IMG/VR virus record: IMGVR_UViG_3300042549_004104
Span: 32,001 to 96,000 of that record
DNA length: 64,000 bases
Source: a virus
Lineage: Duplodnaviria; Heunggongvirae; Uroviricota; Caudoviricetes
Strand: one strand, 5' to 3'
The notes beneath the pieces were generated by a model. It ran no database searches. It saw only the letters and a program-made list of their open reading frames with translations, and was not told the DNA's origin. Numbering within the stretch: the stretch's first letter is position 1; each line of letters opens with the position of its first letter. Made by a program: the position numbers and the translations under genes. Positions 25,625 through 34,800 of this stretch are shown one piece after another.

Positions 25625-28600
25625 TTAGGATAGAGTCCAGATTTGTGAAACTGTTGCGGCGCCTTGTTCCTCAGTAACAATTTCCTCACCTGAACTATAT
25701 GCATATGTTGGTGCAGGGGTAATTCCTGTAATTTCTGTGCGCTCTATTTCACCTATAATACCAGTAGTAATAGTAGCGACCGTAGCAATAGTAGCTTCTA
25801 ATGTTTGTGCATGTATATCAGTTATTTCAGTGTCAATATATTCTATAGACTGCAAGGTGCTATCTATAATGTCACCTATAGTGATTGAAGTAACAGTGTC
25901 AACAGTATTAACTGTACTTTCTAGTACAGATGAATGTATATCAGTAACTTCAGTATCTATGTACTCTAGTGATTGTATACTAGGCGAGAGATTCCCGATT
26001 AATTTTGGATTACCAGTTCTGATTACAGAAGTGTTTGATCCGCCAGTTATTGCAGTTACCATAGTAGCTGAATTTAATATAGGTTCAGTGGGGTTAGTCA
26101 CTACAGTAAGTGTAGCTGTACCACCACTTAGTGCAGCCAATGTAGTGTTTCCAATAGGTGCATCCGAACTAACTGTTACATCAGTATTAGTAATAGTTCT
26201 AACAGCCGCACTGTTATCAATTACAGTAGCAGATTGACAGCATAATAGTGAAGTCTGTGTCCCGATAATGGCTGATATGTTTGTTCCGCTACTTTGTGTA
26301 GCTGTAAGAGGGCTAGTGGGTACAGTAAAAGTACCTGTATATACTGCTACACCTTTGACTATTCTAAGATTACTAATGTTTCCTGTAAAAAATCCATAAC
26401 CAGTACCTGGCCCAGATATTTGTATAGGACCTTGACCGGTGTAATTAGTAGTATCATTGCCGGAATGTGCGGTTTGCCCTACACCGTTAATCCAAAATCT
26501 AAGATTGCCGGTACCTGATCCATTTCTAGTAATAGCCACGTGTGTCCAAGAACCGGAAGTTGGATTACTAGTAAGGCTACTTAGTGCTATACTATAAAGA
26601 CTGGCGGCAGCGTAACCACTTTGCCAGTAAAGAGTACTACCGGTTATGACTATTCCCCAATTAGGAGAACTAGCTGTAGTTTGAGTTAATATGTCACATG
26701 CACCGTCGGTAGTTTTGATCCAGAATTCTATCGTAAAACTACCTGTGCCAAATGCAAAATCTGCACTAGCGGGGATACTAAGTTTTGATGTAGTTCCATT
26801 GAAAGATGCACTATAACCGGGTACGGCTAACACATTTGTTGCATTACCGGTAAGACTAGCATTAGATATCTGGGCACTAGTCACACCTGAAATTGTGTAA
26901 GGTACTAGTCCACCTGAGGTTAAACCCCTAATTGTGGCAGTAAATGTAGTTGTTCCGCCCCAATAAGTTCCAGGAGTACTACTAACGAAACTTATTATAT
27001 TAGATATAGTTGTTGTCGTAGAATATGCTCCGGCAGTAATTACCATAGTAGCTGTTGTAGCTGTACTTAGTGTGGCTAAATTGATAGCAAGCGAAGCGGT
27101 TGAAGTACTAATAGTAAAATTACCAGTGAGGCTAGCACCGCCTATTTGGGTGCTAGTTACACCTGTTATAGTATATGCTACTGTACTACCATCTGCAAGG
27201 TCATCACCATATGATATTGTTACTGTCTCACCCCAATATGCAGATGTATGAGTGCTAGTAAGTCCACCTGCTGGAGTAGCAAAAACACCACTAGTTAAAA
27301 ATGTATGTACTGTATCACTGCTTACTGTAGTAACAGTGCCGCCTGTTGCTCGTTGACTGCCTGCGTATCTAATTACTACAATACCACTACCACCGGCGCC
27401 ACCTTCATTGGTAACAGAATAGTGTGATCCGCCTCCTCCTCCACTACCGGTGTTAACTCCGCCAGCACCGCCTCGTTTGTTAGTTTGAGCTCCGATAGTT
27501 CCAATTTCAGCCACTGAGCCTGAATTCAGTGCAGAGCCGCCACCTGTACCATTAGTAGTGCCGGCACCTTGTCTTGGAGCGCCACCGCCACCGCCGCCTA
27601 TACCGCCATTGCCACCGTATACACTATAGCCAGCACCTGCGCCGCCACCTGCCCAGTATAGACTAGAACCTGTTATATTGTTTAATGTTCCAGCGCCGCC
27701 GTCAGCCTGTTGACTACCTGTTTGTGTAGCTGCCGCAGCACTGCCACCGCCGCCACCGGGATACCATGTTACTCCACTACCAGCACCATTATTACCTTGA
27801 CCCGCTGTTCCGGTTCCCGGTAGACCACCGTAACTGGCAGCACTTTGACGAGCACCAGATCCACCGCCACCACTACCTCCATTACCTGCAGGAGAACCTG
27901 ATGTATCATGGGAACTAGCGCCGCCGCCGCCGCCGATAGCAGTTAATCCTAATGCTGTAGTATCTTGTCCGTTTGATCCTGCAGGACTAGCTGTACCGGC
28001 AATAGCACCTGCACCACCTGCACCAACTGTAATAGTGTAACTACCGGCTACTGATAAATCAGTGCCGGCAAGATATCCACCTGCACCACCGCCGCCACCC
28101 ATATTTGAGCCTGCACCACCGCCACCAGCTACTACAAGATATCTTACAGTCATTCCTGGCGTAATAGTAATTGATGCTGTATAAGATTCTATTGTGATAG
28201 TTAACGTATTTGTTGTGTTTACTTTAGCTTTGGTAGGAATACTAATTGTAGTTGCATAATTAGTAACTGTAAGACTACCGGTTAATGATGTATTATTAAT
28301 ATCTGCACTACTGATACCAGTGATAGTATAGCTTACTGTAGCAGAACTAGTTGCATGATAATAAGTAAGATTAATAGTGCTACCTGATACGACTGTACTA
28401 GGGGTGAGAGGACCAAATCCCGGAGGAAATGTGGTGAGACCGTCCCAAGCATAAGTTCCTGAATATACACCGGCTGTTGTAACGCCTGTAGTTACATAAG
28501 TTGTGGCATTAACAGTTTGTGACTTTAATACATTAGTTTCAGTGCCGCCAGTAGTAACCGTAGTATTGAATACAGAATCAATAGTTAAACAAGTGCCAGC

Positions 28601-29209
28601 ATTGGTATAATTACCTGATGGGGCCGCTAAATGATAGAAAGTACAATTTCTTAAGGCTAAATTGTTAGTTCCATAATTATCATATTGATAACTCCACGCA
28701 TTGTTAGCATTTGTTTCAGAGAATACACAGTTATAAAAATTACCCTTAGCACTGGCACTTTTAAAGTAAGCAACCTCATAACTTGTTGTCCTACCGTTAT
28801 TATTTCTTTTAATAATAGCACCGTATATTTTACTACTAGTGTTAGCAAAATGAAATATTGCGCTATCTCTGCCTGCACTGTTGGCTGTATGCTGTATAAT
28901 TACTCTTCCCGGAGCACAAACGAATTCTCTATGATTGCCACCGTCAGTTAATCCAACACTACTTCCATTAACCGATGTGGGGGTAATAGTATAAGTACCC
29001 TCCAAAATCACAAACATTGTAGCAGTAGCTGAGGTGTTCTGTGCTAATGCATAATCTATAGTAAGATAGGCAGCACCTACACTATTTCCCGTGTTACTAT
29101 TACTACCGGTACTGGCACTAATGTACTTGATTGTACCAGTGAATGCATCTACTAGGCTGTCATAGGCGTCAGGGAAATTATAAATGTTAAGTGCGTTTGG
29201 TAATGCCAT
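25625..29209 (-). CDS. multidomain adhesin: beta-helix-like N-terminus + glycine-rich domain + LamG domain + acidic duplicated tail
   Basis: YISASTGSNSNTG....AYLTIDYAL (pectin-lyase-like start), VRYLVVAGGG domain, FNGT...FTIEFW...GNISNLRIVKG, and two copies of QS(L/I)EYIDTE(V/I)TDIH. Confidence 0.75.
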   Translation of the reverse strand: MALPNALNIYNFPDAYDSLVDAFTGTIKYISASTGSNSNTGNSVGAAYLTIDYALAQNTSATATMFVILEGTYTITPTSVNGSSVGLTDGGNHREFVCAPGRVIIQHTANSAGRDSAIFHFANTSSKIYGAIIKRNNNGRTTSYEVAYFKSASAKGNFYNCVFSETNANNAWSYQYDNYGTNNLALRNCTFYHLAAPSGNYTNAGTCLTIDSVFNTTVTTGGTETNVLKSQTVNATTYVTTGVTTAGVYSGTYAWDGLTTFPPGFGPLTPSTVVSGSTINLTYYHATSSATVSYTITGISSADINNTSLTGSLTVTNYATTISIPTKAKVNTTNTLTITIESYTASITITPGMTVRYLVVAGGGGAGSNMGGGGGAGGYLAGTDLSVAGSYTITVGAGGAGAIAGTASPAGSNGQDTTALGLTAIGGGGGASSHDTSGSPAGNGGSGGGGSGARQSAASYGGLPGTGTAGQGNNGAGSGVTWYPGGGGGSAAAATQTGSQQADGGAGTLNNITGSSLYWAGGGAGAGYSVYGGNGGIGGGGGGAPRQGAGTTNGTGGGSALNSGSVAEIGTIGAQTNKRGGAGGVNTGSGGGGGSHYSVTNEGGAGGSGIVVIRYAGSQRATGGTVTTVSSDTVHTFLTSGVFATPAGGLTSTHTSAYWGETVTISYGDDLADGSTVAYTITGVTSTQIGGASLTGNFTISTSTASLAINLATLSTATTATMVITAGAYSTTTTISNIISFVSSTPGTYWGGTTTFTATIRGLTSGGLVPYTISGVTSAQISNASLTGNATNVLAVPGYSASFNGTTSKLSIPASADFAFGTGSFTIEFWIKTTDGACDILTQTTASSPNWGIVITGSTLYWQSGYAAASLYSIALSSLTSNPTSGSWTHVAITRNGSGTGNLRFWINGVGQTAHSGNDTTNYTGQGPIQISGPGTGYGFFTGNISNLRIVKGVAVYTGTFTVPTSPLTATQSSGTNISAIIGTQTSLLCCQSATVIDNSAAVRTITNTDVTVSSDAPIGNTTLAALSGGTATLTVVTNPTEPILNSATMVTAITGGSNTSVIRTGNPKLIGNLSPSIQSLEYIDTEVTDIHSSVLESTVNTVDTVTSITIGDIIDSTLQSIEYIDTEITDIHAQTLEATIATVATITTGIIGEIERTEITGITPAPTYAYSSGEEIVTEEQGAATVSQIWTLS

Positions 29210-29215
29210 TATAGA

Positions 29216-29584
29216 TTATCCTATATTAACGTGTTTAGCTATTTCAAAAATTTCAGGTGCATTCATACCTTTAGGAATCATATCTTCATCAATAATATCA
29301 TCTACTCCGTCGCCGTTTCTCAATGCATGAATGCAATACGCAACTGTATCATCTTCTAATGCGGTCAGTTCGTGTAGATAATCTTTATGAATATAAATCA
29401 TATGCGGTGCGGTGAATTCAGATATACCAAGTTCAGTTTCTACTTTTAACTTACCTGAAGATAAAAATGTAATGTGGTTGAAGGGGTGCTTATGACCAAG
29501 CTCGGTATCACCTGCCTTTTCAAATTTCATTTCTCTAGTGTAGAGATTTGCAACACATGCTACCTTTATAATAGGTTGTGACAT
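29216..29584 (-). CDS. cupin-fold protein
   Basis: GHKHPFNHITFLSSGKLKV...LHELTALEDDTVAYCIHALR. Confidence 0.75.
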   Translation of the reverse strand: MSQPIIKVACVANLYTREMKFEKAGDTELGHKHPFNHITFLSSGKLKVETELGISEFTAPHMIYIHKDYLHELTALEDDTVAYCIHALRNGDGVDDIIDEDMIPKGMNAPEIFEIAKHVNIG

Positions 29585-29632
29585 TATAGATTACTGTTAT
29601 CGTGATAAATTTCAGAAAAATGATTCATTGTA

Positions 29633-30952
29633 TCAATACTTTCTTATCAAAAATAAATCTCTATAAGTAGAATCGTTTCCTATTGCGTAAGCATAGTATG
29701 CTTCACTATTGACCACAAAGGTTTGTCCCGGTGTATAATATCTCTGTAGGAACGTTTCAGTACCTCCTAGACTCTTGTATAATCCTATAGCCTGACCGCC
29801 AGGATTCATACTGGTCTGATGATGTCTAGCAAATGTTATAGGATATGCCGGTGGAACTAGTATGCCTGTTACAGGATCAGTAACTGGTCCAGTCATTGTA
29901 GTGTTCTGTCTATGTTTAGTTCTGAACAAGCCACTTCCGCCGCCGCACATGGGCACCTGCATTTGGTTACCCCAAAGATATTGTTGATTAAATAACGTGC
30001 TAGTGTTACTCGGAGTAGCACTATAATTAGCACCTGATAATGGATCAATACCGTACCCAGTAAAGTCTCCTAAACTATTGTTACTAATTGTGCCACTGGC
30101 ATTATACTGTCGGTACCATGCTGGATTGCTATTATAAGCACCAGTAGTACCTTGGAAAGTTCTAGCAAACATACTAGCATTACTGCCACCGCCATTTTGA
30201 TAGTGAATCGATCCGTCAAAGAATAAACTAGCTAAAGGGGGATTATCATCATATTGATCTTCCCATGAACTAGTAGTTCTTAATCCAATATACATCAATC
30301 CTCCTGGTGACCAGGTACTGTTAGTGCTAGTACCACCGGACATACAGATGAAATATCGGTCAGTACAAGCAACTAACCATTCACCAACTCTAGGCTGAAA
30401 GACATTTGCACCATCAGTAGTAGTATCCTGTGGATAATTCACATCAAATTTGTACCGCATTGTTCCTGTACCATTAGTCTCCGGCAGATCCACATTAGCG
30501 ACACTTGCCATGTAAAGACCACTGGCAGTGGTAGCTGTATTAAACCCATGAGATGCGTGAATGAATGGATATGAAGAATAAGCTCCACTAAAATAATGCC
30601 CAATGTTAGTTCTAAAAGTCATTTTACGATATGGATATGCGGCTTTGCCACTATCTCTATATAAATCTATACGATAGGGTTCGGCAAAACTAGCACTATA
30701 GTTTGAAACCACATTAGTACTGCTACTGCTGGTCCATCCACCTGCTTCTGTATTGCTAATTACTTCTCTAATCACATCCACACTGCCTGCAGTGCCAATC
30801 GCTGGGCTAGCTGTAGGTGTAGTTATAGACGGCACTGATGGTGTGCTACCGGCTGCGGCTGTACATATAGCCTGTAGTGCCCGAAGAAAATTAATTGCTC
30901 TGGCTTTTTCGTCTGTTGCTCCGCCCACTGTAGGGTCAATTTTACATAACAT
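29633..30952 (-). CDS. hypothetical virion-associated protein
   Basis: 439-aa Ser/Thr/Gly/Tyr-rich ORF inside the fibre cluster; GGAG RBS. Confidence 0.7.
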   Translation of the reverse strand: MLCKIDPTVGGATDEKARAINFLRALQAICTAAAGSTPSVPSITTPTASPAIGTAGSVDVIREVISNTEAGGWTSSSSTNVVSNYSASFAEPYRIDLYRDSGKAAYPYRKMTFRTNIGHYFSGAYSSYPFIHASHGFNTATTASGLYMASVANVDLPETNGTGTMRYKFDVNYPQDTTTDGANVFQPRVGEWLVACTDRYFICMSGGTSTNSTWSPGGLMYIGLRTTSSWEDQYDDNPPLASLFFDGSIHYQNGGGSNASMFARTFQGTTGAYNSNPAWYRQYNASGTISNNSLGDFTGYGIDPLSGANYSATPSNTSTLFNQQYLWGNQMQVPMCGGGSGLFRTKHRQNTTMTGPVTDPVTGILVPPAYPITFARHHQTSMNPGGQAIGLYKSLGGTETFLQRYYTPGQTFVVNSEAYYAYAIGNDSTYRDLFLIRKY

Positions 30953-30955
30953 AAT

Positions 30956-32779
30956 TTACTCCGTTAATAATGAATAGTCGTTGAAGGACAGTCTTCTCAC
31001 ACTGCTTGAATCAACATAAGTCGTATGACTAGCATAGGTATTTTCTGCTATTTTCAGTAGACCGTATACTACTGATAATGCATTGCCGTTACTTTCGTGA
31101 TTTACAAATACTGGATTTTCTATAATAACCACAGATCCAGCACTACTAAATCTTTTCTCTGGAGTAATATATGCTAAATTTATTCCAGCTTGAGAACCAT
31201 AAGAGATGGTTGTAAATTTATATGTATATGGAAGAGTTACTCCAATTGATTCTGCATCTAGATCAAGTCCTGCCATTAACATATTATCAGTATAAATTCT
31301 ACTAACTCCATTTTTACCAATATCAAATATTCCTATCTGTGTTCCTCCGCTTACACTACTGATATAGCATAATTTACTACTAACAACAATGTCAATACCA
31401 TATGGTGCAGTAGTAGCACTATAAGTATGAAGGGGTACATTAGCACTTATTGGACGATATACCTGCCAATAAGTATTACCGGTTATGTTGTTGTAATTAG
31501 TAATATAATTACCAGTGCTACCAATAGTACCTGTTTGTTGTGATACAATGGTAGTGCCTGATTTAAGTTTTGCCATGTTAGTGACCTCAGTATCTGAAAG
31601 GTTCACCCCGGTACTCTGTGTCTGGCTATAACTAGTAACGAGTACATCACCTGCAGAGAGAATGTAGCCTGGAAGTAATCTACCCACATCACCCACGACC
31701 ATTAAAGTGCCAGTATGTTGTGCCGTTATAGTTCCTATGTTTTGATATTTTTGTATTTCTCGTCCATTGACTAAAGTATCTGTACCTGATGTGTAGCTTT
31801 TTGCAAGCGTCACTGAAGATAATCCACCGGTTTGTGCTAGCGTAGCAGTTGTAGCTGCCGTGATAGCAGTAGATGCAACAGTTTGACTTGCACTTACCAC
31901 ATATGTGCCTGAACCGCCTGTACCAGTAATCATTCCTGTAATAGTAGTACCACCGGTTACGCCACTACCAGTCAATATCATACCTATAGTAAAAATTCCA
32001 GTAACTGTTCCACCTACAGTTAACGTTGTTCCGCTAATACTTGAAGCCGAGCTACCGCCTGTATTTGTAGCAAATGTACCTGTAATAGTAGTAGCTGAAA
32101 CTGTTTGACTTACACTAACAGTATACGTACCTACGCCGCCTGTAGCACTACTAAATGCAGTGATAGTAGTATTAGCACTAACGCCTGTTCCAGTGATTAC
32201 CATACCTATCTCAAAAACACCTGTTATCACACCAACGTTAACAGTCAATGTTGTTCCGGTTATGGTAGCAGTTGTATTAGTTGCTATTCGTGGAGTACTG
32301 TATGCTAATCTAAAATAATGTGTTACGTCACTGTAATCATTATGAATTTTACTATAAGTATCAATCATTGTAGTGCCAGTAATAGCAGTAGATGATACTG
32401 CTTGACTTACGCTTACTACATATGTACCTGCACCGCCAGTACCAGTACCAAGTGCTACGATAGTAGTACCAACAGCTACACCAGTACCTGTTACTTTCAT
32501 ACCTACAGCAAACGTACCAGTAACTGATCCAGCCACTGTTAACACAGTTGCGGCAATGCTTGAAGTTGATCCACTTGCAGTAGCGTTTGTTCCTACTTTA
32601 GCATATTTAGCTGAAGGATAAGTACCGTACTTGATACTAGTAGCTGTGTCACATCCTGCACTTAAATTTGTTGGAACACCACTACCGTTGAAAGTAGCAG
32701 TACCCTGAATTATTTTATCAATATCTGCTTGCATATTTTCTACTGTACACGTGCTATTCATTCTATATCTTACTAACAT
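30956..32779 (-). CDS. virion-associated protein with three internal ~65-70-aa repeats
   Basis: Three copies of I.xT.LTV...V.G.F..GM..TG.GV...TTI......GG.GTY.VS.SQ.V....IT. Confidence 0.75.
   Translation of the reverse strand: MLVRYRMNSTCTVENMQADIDKIIQGTATFNGSGVPTNLSAGCDTATSIKYGTYPSAKYAKVGTNATASGSTSSIAATVLTVAGSVTGTFAVGMKVTGTGVAVGTTIVALGTGTGGAGTYVVSVSQAVSSTAITGTTMIDTYSKIHNDYSDVTHYFRLAYSTPRIATNTTATITGTTLTVNVGVITGVFEIGMVITGTGVSANTTITAFSSATGGVGTYTVSVSQTVSATTITGTFATNTGGSSASSISGTTLTVGGTVTGIFTIGMILTGSGVTGGTTITGMITGTGGSGTYVVSASQTVASTAITAATTATLAQTGGLSSVTLAKSYTSGTDTLVNGREIQKYQNIGTITAQHTGTLMVVGDVGRLLPGYILSAGDVLVTSYSQTQSTGVNLSDTEVTNMAKLKSGTTIVSQQTGTIGSTGNYITNYNNITGNTYWQVYRPISANVPLHTYSATTAPYGIDIVVSSKLCYISSVSGGTQIGIFDIGKNGVSRIYTDNMLMAGLDLDAESIGVTLPYTYKFTTISYGSQAGINLAYITPEKRFSSAGSVVIIENPVFVNHESNGNALSVVYGLLKIAENTYASHTTYVDSSSVRRLSFNDYSLLTE
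31855..32570 (-). repeat. three intragenic domain repeats in the 607-aa protein
   Basis: Seen at protein level; boundaries approximate. Confidence 0.7.
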
Positions 32780-33084
32780 TAATTATCTCCTTGTGGTTCA
32801 GCTTCTGGATCAGCTTCTACTTCTAGCAAGGGTTCTTGATAACCAAGATCAGCTAGTCGAATAAATTGTTCAGACGTTACATCTTCAAAACTATGTAGAA
32901 TATATGCTCCGTTGTTGGGTAACTGTATAACAGAAGTTGCTGAATTTAGTTGTTTAGCTTTGGCAACAAATTCATTTGTAATGTATTCTTGAGGAGACTC
33001 TCCTTCAGGAATAGTGTCTATGAATTGATATACATAACCAGAATATTGTGAAAATATTTGTTTATAGTGATTGGTTTGTGACAT
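32779..33084 (-). CDS. hypothetical protein
   Basis: 101-aa ORF; stop overlaps the next start (TAATG); GATAAATA lies 5 nt upstream of the ATG. Confidence 0.7.
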   Translation of the reverse strand: MSQTNHYKQIFSQYSGYVYQFIDTIPEGESPQEYITNEFVAKAKQLNSATSVIQLPNNGAYILHSFEDVTSEQFIRLADLGYQEPLLEVEADPEAEPQGDN

Positions 33085-33089
33085 TATGA

Positions 33090-33097
33090 TATTTATC
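33090..33097 (-). promoter_or_regulatory. putative T4-like late promoter GATAAATA
   Basis: GATAAATA-tcata-ATG. Confidence 0.6.
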
Positions 33098-33119
33098 TCT
33101 TTCTTTGTTTTGGGTATAG

Positions 33120-34781
33120 TTATACTAACGTTACTACATACTCTAAGTCTACTCTTAAATCGCTTGCACCCGCTCCCGCAGTAACATTTATAGTTAAGTA
33201 ATCGTTTGTAGTCAAACTAATACTTGCCGCAGTTGTTGTCATTTTATTTGTGTTAGAACTTATATTGTATGTTCCAACAACTGAGCCGTTTTTCAATAAC
33301 TGAAAAGTAAATGTACTAGAAGATGTAGTGCTCAAACTAGCATATACATTGCTGATAGTCAAACTACTAGGAGGATATAATCGTGCTGTACCGGTTGTTG
33401 GTACAGTAATAGTACCGCTTTGAGTCATAGAAATGTATTTTTTAACAGTATTAGTTTTTGTTTTCCAAGCAGTACCGTCCCAAATATACAATGCTTCTGT
33501 ATCTTCTGCGAATGAAATATCACCTGTTCTGTTGTTTACTAAAGGTAGATATGAAGCATCTTCTACAATTGCAATAGTAGGAACAACAACAACGTCATTA
33601 CCAGCTACTAGAGTAGCAGTACCTGCTACTTCACGAATCTTATTCTTAAAGCTAGGTGTATTTTCAACATATGTTGCTAAGTCTTGGGGTACAAATTTAT
33701 CAACACTTGCATCATACACAACGCACATTTGATTAACTAAACTTGGAATAGGACGAATCTCAATTGGTGTTTTATGTCCTTCGTTAGTGTGTTGAAAATA
33801 TATAACATAGTTTCCATTGATATTTGTCTCAACAGCTAAATCTTTAATAGTTATTGTTCCGCGCATTGATGAATGGAAACCGCATTGGTAATACAACGTA
33901 TCAGGGGCACCATTTGGTACTGTGAATACTAATGTAGTTTGTCCAGCACTACCGTTGTTTCTACTTCCTGTAACACCAGTTGTATATTCACCGACATATG
34001 AATTTGCAACGAATCCAGTACCGTTGTCAGTAGTAAGATAGAATGGATGACCTTCTATAGAAGAATGTAAATTGAATGTGTATGTGCTACCTCGATACAT
34101 AGGTCCTAAGTTTTTATTGTCTCCGTTTGCGGCGCTTTGATGATGGTGTATATTAGCAGCCATATTTTCACCAAACGTATATGCTCCTGCATTAGCAAAA
34201 CTAACAGCATAATTAGCTGAAGGTGTATTTAATGTTGGTATTGTTAAATTAGCGGGTACTGTAACAGTAGTGCGCTTAACAACAGTACTTACTCCACCAT
34301 TTATGTCAGGATGTGTTACACTAACATTACCATTATCTACAGCCCAATCTACTAAATTTTGAGTTCCTGCTCCATCGATCCACTTAAATTTTCCACTGTG
34401 CGTTTGAGTCATGTTACCATATATAGTCGCACCAGCAAAATTATGTACTGTGTAAACACCTTGCTTATACATTGGTACACTTATTTGTGGGCTGTTAGTG
34501 ATTGACGTTCTTGCATAAGGTAATGTACTGGTTTCCCAAGTCCAGAACCAAGTAATATCATCGCCTGCATCAGGTGCCGCTACTTGTATAGTCAATACTT
34601 CAGGTGCGATTGTTAGGTTGAAGGGGAAAATCTTATCTGAAGAAAAAACCGTATTACCTAAATATACATTTGCGTTAGCGTCAAGATATAAGTCTTTATA
34701 TGAATTAGTAGCACTACCTAATGTAGTATTTGCTACCGGTGTTAATATTGCCGCATTTTTTAGTTGATAATAATTTGACAC
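33120..34781 (-). CDS. virion fibre-associated protein with a cupredoxin-like domain
   Basis: RGSTYTF...GHPFYL...VPNGAPDTLYYQCGFHSSMRGTI; also TLGS....YKDLYL and LYIWDGTAW fibre motifs; GTG start with AAGGA RBS. Confidence 0.72.
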   Translation of the reverse strand: MSNYYQLKNAAILTPVANTTLGSATNSYKDLYLDANANVYLGNTVFSSDKIFPFNLTIAPEVLTIQVAAPDAGDDITWFWTWETSTLPYARTSITNSPQISVPMYKQGVYTVHNFAGATIYGNMTQTHSGKFKWIDGAGTQNLVDWAVDNGNVSVTHPDINGGVSTVVKRTTVTVPANLTIPTLNTPSANYAVSFANAGAYTFGENMAANIHHHQSAANGDNKNLGPMYRGSTYTFNLHSSIEGHPFYLTTDNGTGFVANSYVGEYTTGVTGSRNNGSAGQTTLVFTVPNGAPDTLYYQCGFHSSMRGTITIKDLAVETNINGNYVIYFQHTNEGHKTPIEIRPIPSLVNQMCVVYDASVDKFVPQDLATYVENTPSFKNKIREVAGTATLVAGNDVVVVPTIAIVEDASYLPLVNNRTGDISFAEDTEALYIWDGTAWKTKTNTVKKYISMTQSGTITVPTTGTARLYPPSSLTISNVYASLSTTSSSTFTFQLLKNGSVVGTYNISSNTNKMTTTAASISLTTNDYLTINVTAGAGASDLRVDLEYVVTLV

Positions 34782-34800
34782 AATTTTGTTTCCTTATCTA

